Shown: positions 51,282-64,000, counted from the stretch's first letter. The stretch: DNA of 64,000 bases from Bigelowiella natans CCMP2755 (GCA_000320545.1 ADNK01000096.1:62001-126000); one strand, 5' to 3'. Program-made: numbers and translations. Notes: generated by a model not told the origin, from the letters alone.

Positions 51282-51540
51282 AATGTGGGAATATCTGCAT
51301 GCATGCAGCTCAGAGATGCTGGAGATTGACTCATTTCAATGCCTGCAGACTACAGTCTTGCTGGAATCATTTCATTAGCACATTAAGAACATCTCCACTT
51401 TTGTGAGCAAAGCTTTGCTACACTCGCGTGCATTGTGTGCTTTCCATCCATCACTGTATGCAAGGCTAAGCGCGACTTCAACACATTTTCTAGCTTTGCA
51501 TGCGCAGTAGTGCCAACGTTCATGCAAAGCACAATGGTGA

Positions 51541-51915
51541 GCCTAGCTAGCTAGATGCACACACGTGCAACACGGCGCATCACAACTGTGTCCATGCTCA
51601 TCTGAATGCAGACAACCACCGAAACTTCTCAACGTCGCGCCACAACAAATTGCTCACGCAACTCTAGAACTGCCCATCTCTAGATCTCCAGCTAGCTAGA
51701 GAGCTACTAGATCTAGCTATCTAGCTATCCTAGCTAGCTAGTATCGTTCATCAAAGTGAACCAGTCCTATCTAGCTATGACTTCTAGACTACTCCAGTAC
51801 TAGACTATACTAGCTACCTAAACAAGCCTAGAAGCTTCAAATTTCACTGATTCAACCTAGCAACCACTACACCACTGACCAGCCAATCTAGCAATCTAGC
51901 CTAGCTAGCTAGTAG
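51541..51915. repeat. CTAG/TAGC-rich low-complexity intergenic tract
   Basis: More than 20 CTAG words, including CTAGCTAGCTAG runs, between convergent genes. Confidence 0.85.
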
Positions 51916-52091
51916 CAATCTCTGGATGTAGCAATGCAAATCAGAATGGTTGGTAAATCTAATTTCGCAATGCTAGAATGAGTCTGCAAGCGGTTGCAAT
52001 GCTTGGGTGAATCAGCATCTTGAAGCACTTAATTGTTTAGTCTAGTAGTGTTTGAAAATGAGTCAAGTGAGCAACAACTAGATGAACCCTT

Positions 52092-53817
52092 CTAGCCTCG
52101 TAGCCTTCGTTCATCATCATTCGAATCGCAAAACTTGCCAATGATGTTTTCTAGTTTTCTCTACTTGTCCTCATATGTTCCTGAGTAGTGTCAATTTTCC
52201 TACTTGTTCCTTTAACAAGTTTCGCTCAGCCGTGATAGTTTTCACCTGCTGGTGAAGCTCTCGATTTTCCTGGAAAACCAGCAACGCAATCAAGATTCGA
52301 TATTTCAACGTCATAATTTGAGGAAGTCCTGAACCTTTTCTAAACCATTCTGCTTTGATCGCAAAATGAATAATTCCCTTTTAGATGCTAGATTACTTTC
52401 CCTCTCTGCTGTCTGCACCATATTTACGAAATTAGTCGTGACATCTCAGTTTGTATCTTTTCAAATTTGAATACCCCCATTCGCATCTGATCAGCTCTTC
52501 GTTGAGCCTCTCGCACCTTAAAATCTGCATCCTTCTCAATTCTTTCTTGAGAAAGCATGGAGTGTTTCTTAGCCCGTTCAGCCTAGGGGCAATAGTAGCG
52601 TTAATTCCTGTGCATCCAATAAATCAGTGTGTCCACCTGCACTATCCTTGACATAAGCAAATTAACTCGAGCATCATGGGCCTGGGATTCTTGCTGGCGC
52701 TGACGACGAAGTGTCTCAATCTCTTCTCGAGAATGTGCAAGCTGAGCACGGTACTGCGAAAGAACATGCAAAATACGGTTCAAAGTAACATTTTGCACGG
52801 TATTCGACATTGGTATAGTGCCTGTGTTAGCTGATCTTCTAGACTATCTGCTCGAGCTTTTCTGGTGCTGGCTAGTGCCTCGGCCTTCTCGGCCTACCAG
52901 GATTAATATTCTTCAGGTTTAGCTGTGAGAGAATAAAAGCTAGCACACACTCAAACTTACTCGTCTTACAGCCTCGATATATTTTTCTTCCCAATTCCTT
53001 GAATCTTTTCTCTCTTGGAGAAGCTCTGTGTGCAGCCTTGAAGTCGCTATTTACAAAAATCATCAGCTGTTTCCCTAGTAACACAAGATGAGAAACCTTC
53101 TTCCAGACGCTGTATTTCCATTCGATAAGATATGTTCTGTGCTGGTTGGAGGAGAATGTGTTAGCGCATTAATAGTCAGTGAGACTGAGTAAGTACTTTT
53201 CACTTGCTTCGAATTTTCGAAGAGCTCCCTAATTGAATGATGGGTGTGAGTATATTGAGGGAGAAAGAACAGAGAAGAAGGCGCGGGGCTTTCTATTGTT
53301 GCTGGACCCCTGACCTCTCTCTCACTCCCCTTCTTCTTGCATCGTCATGCGCAGATTTCAGCCCTTTCTCACATGCTTGCAGGCGATTCGCTAGAGTCAC
53401 ACAAATATCAAATACAATCTTATCGTTCGAAGAGGATGGAAGAGATCGTTAACCTGTTCTGTTCAATTCTGCGCCCAGGGAGTGTTCCTGTTTCAAAAGA
53501 TCCTCTACCTGAGGTAAAACAAGTCATTTCTATCATTAAAATTCGACTTTACTTTCCCTGGGCATTGTTAGTACCCGTTTCCGCATCGCATACGTGCTTT
53601 CTTTGTAGCCAGCCTGTTTATATTAAAAAACCATTTTTGTTTTTTCCCGTAATTTTGATACCAGCGACAGTGAGAGGTTCTGACTTTGAATTCATCGATT
53701 ACGCTTCTCAAACGGCCGAGACCATTCTGCAAAAATAGCATGCGTGTGATGAGAGAGACAATTTAGAAGCACTTCGCGGGCAATCATTACAGGAGACCAC
53801 ACCTTCGGATCTTCCAT
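52092..53817 (-). CDS. Hypothetical coiled-coil protein; many short exons
   Basis: AG/GT-bounded segments MEDPK|NGLGRLRSVIDEFK, VEDLLKQEHSLGAELNRT, ANRLQACEKGLK, YRAQLAHSREEIETLRRQRQQE, ENRELHQQVKTITAERNLLKEQ|VEKLENIIGKF...RLRG*. Confidence 0.55.
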
Positions 53818-54380
53818 GCTTGCCGAAACTGAAGAATTTGAAGCAAATGCGGGACACTAAATCAAAGCCCCAGGCGACTGAAGGGAGAAAACAAATGAGC
53901 TTGGGGAGACATGGGTGAATTTCGAGCATTACTTGGCTCTTGCCCCTTATTAATCTCGTGCCTCGATCAAGCAACGCCTATTCTAGATCTGCTGCCTCCT
54001 CATGACCGTTTCGATTCTGCGAGTAGTCCGTTCCTTGTACACGAATGTGCACATTGTTGTGGAGTGTTCTTCGTGGGTTTGGCCTTCAAGCTCGATTATC
54101 AGATATCATCCGTATAATTTTACGCCTAAATCGCTAGCAGACTGCCGCTCGGTTTTTCCTCCGGCTCCGATTTCAAGCAGCTCTTAAGCATGCGACAACA
54201 GAAGCGCGGGAAAGCGTTGCTGTTTTTCCTGAAGCTGTTTCCTGCGAGAATCGACGAGGAATCCCTCGCTCGACGTGATGAAGACCTTGACGCACTAATA
54301 TAAAATGCCTGTGTTTTCCAGCATAACTCGCGCTTCCCTCCCACCCCCAGCACGTTAATTGCAGCAAAATTAATCTGAAA

Positions 54381-54895
54381 ATGGGAAGCTCGCCCGATGG
54401 CCAGCAGGCCTCGCTTTCCGGATCAAAATCGCGGTCATATTTACTGGCCCCATCTCGAATCTTCCTTGCAGTCGCCTTGCTTGCATCAAACACCCTCGCC
54501 GAGAATGCGAAATGTGACCGCTCAGCCGAACCTAGGGAACGACGTTTCCTCGCAGGCAGTCAGCGGAATTTTCCGCATAAACACATGGCAACAATGTTGA
54601 GAGGAGGGATGGCCAAACGAAGAACAAAGCATTCGTCACATGGGACGTCAGAACAAAGGAAAGTACAGTCCCAACACAAGGCTCCAAAAGCTGCAGTGGT
54701 GGAGGATAAGCCGGAAGTAGAGAGGAAGCCCAAAATTTGGGCCAGTGACCCACGAGCTGCTGAATTGCTTGCTGGGCTGCATGGGTATATAGTTTGAAAA
54801 AGATTAAGTGGTCGCTGATCCACGTCAGCGTAACACCTGTAGTCTGCACACCCACACCCATCCACACCCATCCACACACACACACACACACACAC

Positions 54896-54945
<50 letters not shown>

Positions 54946-57143
54946 AGAAAGAGAGTCAGAGAGAGAGACAGGGAGAGAGAGTCAGAGAGAGAGAGAGAGA
55001 AATGATCATATTATTCTCAGGAACAGTGTAAAAGAATCTTCTATCGTCATGATGGATGGGAAAAAGGCACCTACGATGGCAGAGCTAGGCCTTCCTACGG
55101 GGTTCAAGCATGAGAATAGAACCGCTCAGCACCTGGCATTTCTCAATCTACTGAAGAATAACAAAACTAAAGACTTTTTAGTCTGCGACCCGATGCCCTT
55201 GGATGTTCAGCCAGATCCTGGAATTCTAGTGTCGGATGCAGGAATAAAAAATGTGAGCGGTAAGATGCACAGATTTCAACATCTCCACTGCAGATATCTG
55301 ATTGTGATCTGATGTAGAAATGCGAACGGCGATTGGCTGGCGCCTGAAATCGGCATTTCTTGAAGGGTGTGAACTATACGACATATCTCCAATACCGGCT
55401 GTGGAGTCTCTGGTACTACTTGAGAGAATAATCTATTTGTTTGATTGACGCTGGTCTGAATTCACATCGCAATATATCAGTTCGGCGACGTATACGATGT
55501 GGCGAAGAATGCAATTCCAGACGGGAGGGATGGAATAAGGGTCGTCACGCACATAAAGCTCAGTGGTAGTTCTTCTTTGCTTCGAAAATATAACAATTGG
55601 GTAAGAGGTACAGAATGAAATCAGTAATGGAAGTCACCCCACCCGAGCAGATCGCGGGAATGTTGAACAAGAAATCACAGCTCAGATGAAAGCAACATTG
55701 AAGCGAACCCACCTCTCCTATGTGGATGTAGCAGTCTTACACTGGCCGAAGACACTCAACGAAACAGTAGGAGAGATCTAATAGCATGTAAACTCTGCGA
55801 TACTAATTACTGTCTACTACAGGAAATTACGAAAGCTTGGGGCATCATGGAGGATCTGTAAGCCTCGCAAATTTTTGATGTGATGTTTATTCAATCCGAT
55901 TTATGCACGATGACTTAAATTAGCTACCGCAAGAACCTGGCAAGATCCATTGGTATCTTCGGCGTTCCTAAAGACCTTGCAAGGTTTTTAGATCACCGCC
56001 CAATCAGGTGATGATAATAATGGCCAAGTTCCAAACTAATCGTAATGTTCAGGGGGAAAAGTTCATATTCGTCTTCCTGCTCCTCCACCTCCTCCTCCTC
56101 CTCCTCTGGCCCACCCCTCTTCATTGTTGTGTCATTCAGACCAATGTTACTAGCTTTGGATTCTCGCTACGGCTTTGTTTCTGAGCAAGAGTTGGGATCT
56201 CAGGAGCTCAAGTGGACTCAGGTGTGAGTTGTTAGCTATCCGTGCCTTCGCCAAATCATTCATTATGGGGACTCGTTCGTTGTTGTTTCAATATCAAGCC
56301 AAATGGTAACATTTTGGAGAGCTACCGACGTATCGGAATCATTAGTATTCCTATTTAACCGTGATTTCGGACTAAGACTCATCGGTGTTTTCCGTTGAAT
56401 TTGGGGATCCCCTAACGAAGCAGTATATGTAACTTCATCATCGTATAGGTTGCTGTGACCCTACCTGTGTCCAAGAGGAGGCTGCCACCCCCCATTCCAG
56501 CTATAGCTCGTGATTTGATGTTGGAGTCCACCATGGATCTTGTTCGAGCGGCCAGTATGGGAATAAACGTTGCCACTTTTCACCCGATCCAAGGTAGTAT
56601 TAGTGGGCTTCCTTGCAGCCTGGGAGTGACAGCAGTCAATAAGATCTGAAAAGATGTTGAGATTATGAGGATGATGATGATGACGACGACGATAATGATG
56701 ATGGTAAAATCAACCACGGGCAAATCTCCCAGCGGAAAGTTGCGCTTTTGTTCATGCATGGTAAATTTACACTCCCCTAAAGATAAGTGGTATTCGCAGA
56801 TATAAGCAACATTACAATTCTAACCTGGAGGACAAGACTTGCTGGTAGTGTTACCTCGTCCACTGATGAAACTCAAAGTCTCCGCATTAACAACGTGTGT
56901 TCCTATAGGTATGCGCGCCAGGGAGGAGGACCTCGAGCAGGTGGTCAAGGCCTACGGACGCCCGGTATCCTCCTCCTCCTCCCTACGATCTTGTATATTT
57001 ATGATTCTCTTCTGAAGTGCATTGGATGAAACATGCACACAGATGCGCCATCGGCTCTTCGACGCAATGGCAAGACTTCTTCCTCTTCTCGCGACAATAG
57101 CGCTGCTTCAGACGAAGGAGTTCGGGACCACAATCGCCAGTAA
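54381..57143 (+). CDS. Divergent aldo-keto reductase-fold protein with signal peptide and LRGG leader; multi-exon
   Basis: AFLEGCELYD, MKATLKRTHLSYVDVAVLHWP, AWGIMEDL|YRKNLARSIGI match the AKR family. Exon 1 has IFLAVALLASNTLA and MLRGGM. The 3' end is approximate. Confidence 0.72.
54897..55000. repeat. (AG)n-rich intronic microsatellite following a (CA)n run
   Basis: Read directly. Confidence 0.92.
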
Positions 57144-58894
57144 GGATTGAATTGATTCCCCTGTCCTCCTTCCCATCAGCTGCTTGAAGTTAGTTGTTAT
57201 TCGGTAACCTTTACCAGACATCCCACTAGTTGAGTCTTCTCGCACTTTTGCGAGCAAGATCACTCGAACTGTTTTCCCGGCGCTCTGCTCATCCGCCAAA
57301 TTTCAGAATCAGTTAGCAATTCTGACGATATTTTCAGGTCAACACCCATAGCATTGCAGTCGGTATTAGATAGCGAAGTCTCTCTCTACACGTGATGCTC
57401 TAATAGTGCAGTATAGTCCATGATTTACGTGTTTCCTGATTGTTAAAGTAGCAGACCCATGAACTGCTGCGTCTGCGAAAGTCTTATTCATTCTTTCCTT
57501 TAATTATTTAATATATTTCATGAGGAGGCTCAACACCAAGCTTGCGCACTGAATGTACACTACATGCGTCTCACGGCAATTCACGTTCAAGATTTTCTTT
57601 CTTTTTTTTGACAATTAGGCGCGTTTATCCTTGACCAAATTCTCCCACAAACTCGTCTTCTTCCAAGATCTCTTGCAACTGCCCCGGCATTGTCCTCTAC
57701 GACCCTTCTACTCTATTTCCTATTTCTACATTCCAGGCAAACAAATACTGATTTTTCCCAAATCTGTGAAACGGTTCTCCTGAAAGCAAGTTTATTGAGT
57801 AATTATGCATCTAGCACAATGAGTGGAGGCTTTAAGTACTTTAAGGACAGATGCTCATCTTACTTTCGATGTGCAGAGGGGTTGGTACATCACTCTTTAT
57901 CTAAAATCTTAGACTCGGAAATCATGAAGAAGATGAAAGTTGGGAGAGGTGTATCCATCCCGTCACTACAAGGAAAGCAAATATAGAAATTTTTCCCTAT
58001 CATGGCGAGCTGGGATGCGGACGTGAGTTGTAAATTTTGTTTACATGGCCGCTGTTACTCCAAAACGTTTATAATTTCTTGAAATAATTGTAACAAATAA
58101 AGTGTAGTCTCAGCTAGAGATTTGGTTGTTTCCATAATCAACATGCTCTGCAGCTTCTGTATGTTCAATAACTCTAGATAACGAGCTTGGCTACAGACAG
58201 TTTGTGGCATGTATTACTACATGCAAGCACATAGCATTATGATGTCTTGTGTTGAGATGTCAGAAACCACGCCACCGTGAAGTTACGGCGCGCTACGCAA
58301 GCGGATGATCATCGATCGATATCACGGTCTAGTTTCTTCGAACGTGCGTAGACAATTAGTTGTGTCCATGTGTGCATTTACAAGTATTTTTTATGCTCTA
58401 CATTGTGCATGTGTGCAGCGGTCTCGTATCGCACACAATAGTGCACCTGCATGCAAGAGTGTTATAGTGTCATGAGCAGCTAGTACGTGGGCGCTGCTGA
58501 CTTATTGGCACATTCTGGCATGCGACGCTAGATGGCATGCTGTGTCACGCGTCTAGGCGTGTAACTAGCGCTCAAAGACGACACGGTCATAGGTACGATG
58601 ACCAACGCTATGTGTATGTACACACATGGCTGGCAGCACAAATGCATGTAAATCACTAAATCACATGCTGATCGACCGACACGCGATCGATACTGTAAAG
58701 ATACGGTATCACATGGAGACGCAAAGTCAACTTTAGATAACATTGCCTTTACATATCATCAAGATATTTTTGTCGCACTGCTGCCATGCAAGTTTTTGGA
58801 CATCCATAAAATTTTCAGCCTAAAGTAACTATCAGGAAGAATAATGAGCTACTTTATACATTTTTATTACCCATTCAAAGTTTTACATCTATCC

Positions 58895-59976
58895 TCACAT
58901 GTCATCATAATGTATCGCCCCTAGCTTGAAGACTAAGAATCCAGTTCCCGCCATCAGAAAAGCTATCGTTAAGAAGCTGAGAATCAAACTAAAGGAGACA
59001 CTTTTATACCACGGAGCGGAAGACTTTGCGAATTCAGAGATCTCTTCGACGGCAGTTGGCTGCGCTTGTGTTGGAAATCCTTGATCAAAAGGACTGTTTT
59101 TCTTTTGGAAATCAGCTGCTAATTGGTCGAACGGGTTCGAAGGATCGTTGAATGGATCGGAGGGGGCGGTATCAGCAAATGGAGATGAAGCTGTAGTTTG
59201 GGCAAAAGGCGATGCACTTCCCTCGAAAGGAGACTTTTTGGTTTCAGGGAATGGCGATCCACTGCCTTCGAAGGGTGACTTCTTACTATCGGCAAATGGT
59301 GATACTGTTGTTTCTGAGGTCTCAAATGGACTCACTGAAATTCAAACAGAAGTAAGTAAGTTTCAATCTTTAAACTAACTTTATTGATGAATTACCTCTT
59401 GTTTTCTCTGCTTCCCTCTTCAAAGATTCGGCAGACACAGGGGCTCCAATTTCACCTTCCGCGGCCCGGAAGCTTGATTCGGATATCCGTTTTTTTTCGT
59501 CATCGTCCTTGTCAACAACCTCATAATCAGGTCGATCCTCGAGACCTTCCACATCTTCATTGAAAAGCCTGTAACGTAGCACATACGTAATCATTGGAGA
59601 TTGATGGGCGAAGATTATTTACTTTCTGCGTGCAACATTGGTGTTATTACTTTTTAAAGTCCTTTCGATCCCTTTGGATGAGTCGCCAGACTTCTGCAGC
59701 TCCCTCGTCTTCCGAAAATTTTGCTGCATAGATTTTTGTTGAGGTACCAGGCCTTGCACACCCAAGTCTCCTCGGGCTTCTTGCAGTCCTTGTCCACCGA
59801 AATTGTGACGGAACAGATGATCTAGAACGAAATGATCGAATTGGAGAGGAGAGCGTTGCGAGAGGGAAAATCGAAATAAGGAGAACAGCCCGGAGTACCC
59901 CGCCTCTTACGGGCGACTCGTGAATACGGGACTCCATTCCCAGCGGAGCAACGAGGATTGGGCGATTTTTCAGCAT
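58895..59976 (-). CDS. Probably plastid-targeted SPF-repeat protein with C-terminal transmembrane helix; 3 exons
   Basis: Leader LRAVLLISIFPLATLS plus an R/S-rich transit region; exons join in phase; many SPF/DPF/NPF words; TM segment FSLILSFLTIAFLMAGTGFLVF, then GAIHYDDM*. Confidence 0.75.
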
Positions 59977-60687
59977 GCGTCTTGTGTATTACATTACCGC
60001 ATCAAAACTAATGAAGGCATTTTTATTTGCCTCCTTCAGCGCAGTTCTCGTCAGAAAGTCCAGCTTTTCTATGTCGCAGATAAATTTGAGAGAGTTCTTG
60101 TGAAAGAATTATTGCCACCCAAAAGAAGTATCCGGATCTTCAACGTCACTGACCGTCATTTTGAGATGAAGTCCGGATTCTCAGGAAGAATACCGTAACT
60201 CGCTGTTGTCGTACTCACCTTTTCAGAAAATACGCGAAATTTCCATCGGAGCGCATAGCTACTATTTTCAGCTTGGTTTTTCGCTGAGAAAATTCATAGG
60301 AGCACCTCCTCTCCTGAATTTATCGTATAATATTTCCTTTTTAACAAGTCGTTTAAAATAAATTGAGAACTTTTTTTTTCGGATGTAGACGTCGATGGGC
60401 TAAGGGTGAATCTGGTTAGACCTAGATCACTGGCGCTTCAATTCAAGCAGAGAGTAGTTCAGAAGAAATAGGCAGAATCGACGCTTTTTCTTGATAAAAT
60501 AGCCTATATTTTCACCTTTTAGCTGTTCGAAAATGATATCCGAAAGCACTTCGCCACATCGCTTGGCCCTTCAACCCACCCCAGCTCCAACCTTGCACAA
60601 ACGCTTTGCCACCTCACTTGGGACACGAAACCGACGAGTTCGATCCCAAAAAGGCCCCCCTTCCAAAAACCTTCTCCCTAGCGTTGT

Positions 60688-63183
60688 ATGAGCAATCAGC
60701 TGTCTAATTCTTCAACCCCGAAATTTGTGAGAAAAGAATTAAGGACAGCCAGCCGACAAGACAATAAACAGAATGGTATGAGTATAACATAATGGCTGAG
60801 TTTCTTATTTCACAAGTTCTGAAAGATCAATTTTCCCCCACTTCATAAACCGTATGCATAGGTGAGCGTTCACAAGTGCAGTCACGTTCGAAGCATGGTA
60901 ATAATTTAATGATGAAACATTGTGATACATCCTGCTGCTACACATGTGATTTATGGATGTAATGGATATAAAATAAGGATACGTGTGTAATTGTAAACGT
61001 GATAATATTTAGGCTCTCGGTGGAAACCACGAGCCAGTGCGAAACCGAACACTTCCCACGTGACAGGATCCTCATCCCGACAGCAAAAGAACACTCCCCA
61101 AAATGCTCCCCCCCGAGGAAAGTCTGCTCGTAAGAAGAATATTCCGAGAGGAGGAAAAAATCATGGAGGAGGAGGACGAGGAAGAGGAAGAGGACGAGGA
61201 CGAGGACGAGGGAACTGGAGGGAACGCAAGAAAAAATCTTCGATTGAGACATCTGTGCCACCTTTGCCTCCAGAGGAGATTCGCATGGTCGAGTACTCGA
61301 TGGATTCACGAAGAGAATGGAAAAGACCAAATGGAAATGAAAATCACGTTCCAAGACAGGGAAGGAACTTAGCTCATCTCGTGAACTTCACGTATGGAGA
61401 AACGCGACCACAACCACATTATCGTCGTCACACCAGGACGCGTAAGCAACCTCGGACTGTTGTTCCATTCGACAAGGATAGGTTTGTCCAGTCAAACTAC
61501 CGCTTCATTGTGGATAGCAACAAGTGCGATGTCGATAAATGCCGAAATGACCCTGATTATGCAGTCGATTGGAATGTTGTGGAAGAAGTCATCTGCACCT
61601 CGACCACGGTTCCGAGCTGCACCATCTGCATGGACGAACCCATATGTCCGAAGATGACAAAGTGTGGTCATGTTTTCTGCTGGACCTGTCTCTTGCAATA
61701 CATGAGCTCCGGGAAGCAAACCTGGAAACGATGCCCGTTATGTTTTGAGAGCGTGTACCCGAACGCTCTCAAAAGTGTCCGATACGATGTGGTGCGGAAT
61801 TGTGAGGTAGGTCAGAGGTTGAGTTTTGCTTTGGTAGAGCGCCCGAGATGGAGCACCATGCCTAAGTGGGACTCGGATCCAAAATCATTTGAGGTAATCG
61901 CAATGGAGGATCCACTCAAATCTTCCCCCCTACACCGTGTGACGGCAACGGAGAATATCATTCCTATTCTCAGTAAGGAGCAATCGCAGCTTGTTGCATT
62001 GCGGAGGAAAATCCTAGAGTCGGAAAACATGGTTGAGCGTGCGGACATGTCAAGAGTCTTACCATTTATTGAGACTGCGTTGGATCAAATTCAAAAACGT
62101 TCTGCAACGTGGTGCAAGGAGCATACGAACCAGAATTCGTGCCTTAAAGTCAACCCTCTCAGTGTGTACAGGCCTGAGCTGGACGCGTGGGGTGCTGATG
62201 AAGAAAGTGGTGCTGCGGAGACCAAAGCCTCCACACCTGCAAAACCCAAATCAAAACTCTCGGCCTCTGCCCCTGAATGGAAGCCAGCCCCTAAGCGACA
62301 GGCTAAGAATGGAAGTTCTTACTTTTACTACCAGGCCGCCGACGGGCAACAGATTTTCCTTCATGGAGTGAACTACCGTTGTCTGCTGCATGAGCACAAG
62401 GATGTGGATGGAATTCCGAACAAATTCACCGCGGCAAAGATTTTATTTAAGGAGCGCTTCCCTATTACTGAGGAAACTCGAGGCAAGTATAAGTTCTTGG
62501 GGCATCTCCCTCTGACTACGGAGGTTACGGTGTGTTTCATTGATATGAAGGGTCTGGTTTCCTCCGAGACTTTGAAGCAATTTCGTGAACCACTTCTAAA
62601 TCAGAAAAAGAAAATAATGAAATTGAAAAAAGCTCAGCGATTAGAGACGGAGAGAAAGAAGAAACACGACCGTATGATACAGCAAGCGCCGCTCCTTGAT
62701 ATGCTATTCAAAAATTCAAATTATGCTGTCGAGTCTCAATCACCCGAGCTCGTTGCCTTCGATGAAGCGGCATTCCCAGATTTGGTCGATGCGAAACTTT
62801 CTGATGGAGAGCGAAGCACTCCAAGTAGCTCTCCTGTGATAACGGGCTTCAAAGACGTGCTCCAGAAAGGGTATGTAGAGAAGGACTGGCCTACTCTTTT
62901 AAGTGCCATGGCACCTCCCGCTACTACTGGATATGCTCCCCCAGATAATGGTCGGAGCATCTTAAAGCAGCGAGATAGCGGCAGCATACCACAGACAGCG
63001 AGCCGCTGGCCAAGGGGAGGAACCACCAATGTTGCCCCTTCGCCGCAAAGTGCATTATGGCCTCGGAACAACCCTCCTCCAACCTCTGCAACTTCTACAT
63101 CAGCTTCTTCGCAACCTCCTTTGATCAAACTCACAAAGAAACAGAAGAAGTCAAGGAAGAAAAAGATTCTGCTTTTAGCTTAG
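60688..63183 (+). CDS. RNF10: RING finger E3 ligase RNF10/Mag2 homolog; 2 exons
   Basis: NLAHLVNFTY, FDKDRFVQSNYRFIV, C3HC4 RING CTICMDEPICPKMTKCGHVFCWTC...CPLC, YFYYQAADGQQIFLH and a basic C-terminus. Exon 1 (60688-60775) joins in frame at about 61013. Confidence 0.92.
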
Positions 63184-64000
63184 GTTTGAGACATCAGGAA
63201 AGCTTCGAACCCAGTCTACACGGGCGGGAAAATGATGCAAAACAAGTACATGAAATTATTGTTATGTACTTTTAGCGATAGATTCTAACGATTGTGGAGC
63301 ATAGTGTATTGTTTCCCTTGACTCCTCGCTTTGGCAGCTACCAACACTTATTGCTAAATATAGTCATTTTATATTTCATGGTATGCATGGCGATGCGCTG
63401 TTGCTACGCATCTGATAGCAGAGCAAAACATATGCAATATAGTCGAGCACGCGCGTAAACAACACATATGTGTGTATGAGACGGATGTAATGATGTAATT
63501 ATATATTTATTAGTCATTTTTGTCATAGCTTTAACGAAACTGCCATGCAAAGCAGCGGCTGCAGCGCCTAAATCTTTATAATTGTTGGTTTCTGTTGCAT
63601 GCTGGCATCGCATCATGCATGCATGCCAATAACAAGCACGATGCGTCCAGTTTACCCCTAGCCTGCTAGCCTGGCTAGCTGTTAAGCTCATCATCTAGTC
63701 ATGCTTGTGTTCGCGGGCGATTTCCTATATTTCAGTAGCAAACTATAGCTGCAAGCGTCTAAGCGGACCACGCTTTTATACACGTATAATACACGCCTGC
63801 AATTTCGTTCTGTAGCGTGACAGCAAGGCATGCATCATGAAGAGCGAGGCCCGCGCAGCAGGTACTGTACGTAAGCACGGTCTCTGCTACGTCGACATCA
63901 TCAATTGTCAATTGCGTCAATGAGATACACAATGACAGAACTCCTAATCAAGCCGACGACATTATCACTATTCCATATTATTAGGGTCGACATCTTTTAG

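Noticed and set aside
57690-57986. 98-aa ORF downstream of the AKR gene
   Set aside because: Non-ATG start, no motifs and no convincing splice linkage.
60636-60646. GAGTTCGATCC B-box-like word suggesting a tRNA
   Set aside because: No cloverleaf or acceptor stem could be built; it lies just upstream of the RNF10 start.

Overview
Gene-dense, intron-rich eukaryotic nuclear DNA, most likely from a chlorarachniophyte alga (Bigelowiella-like). The basis is a single-unit chlorophyll a/b LHCII protein and other plastid proteins carrying signal-peptide + transit-peptide leaders, with GT-AG introns. About 18 spliced genes were assembled by hand: thylakoid FKBP, LHCII, DUF3754, RanGAP, FANCL, RanBP1, a Sel1-repeat protein, adenylate kinase, mRNA cap N7-methyltransferase, EGF-GH43-like hydrolase, PPR protein, CCCH protein, EGF/TSP1/PAN protein, coiled-coil protein, divergent aldo-keto reductase, SPF-repeat membrane protein, RNF10 and one partial gene. 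Two things stand out. (1) Sharply bounded non-genic patches are almost free of TpA, keep CpG, are rich in TpG/CpA, and their surviving TpA sits mostly in TAG/CTAG. A 1.2-kb TIR/TSD element and a heptamer array show TA-to-TG/CA changes directly, suggesting a RIP-like A-to-G hypermutation process. (2) RanGAP, RanBP1 and the cap methyltransferase carry secretory/bipartite leaders, two ending in a ubiquitin-like RGG, suggesting host-encoded machinery for the nucleomorph/periplastid compartment. Exon boundaries and dinucleotide counts are manual and need computational confirmation.
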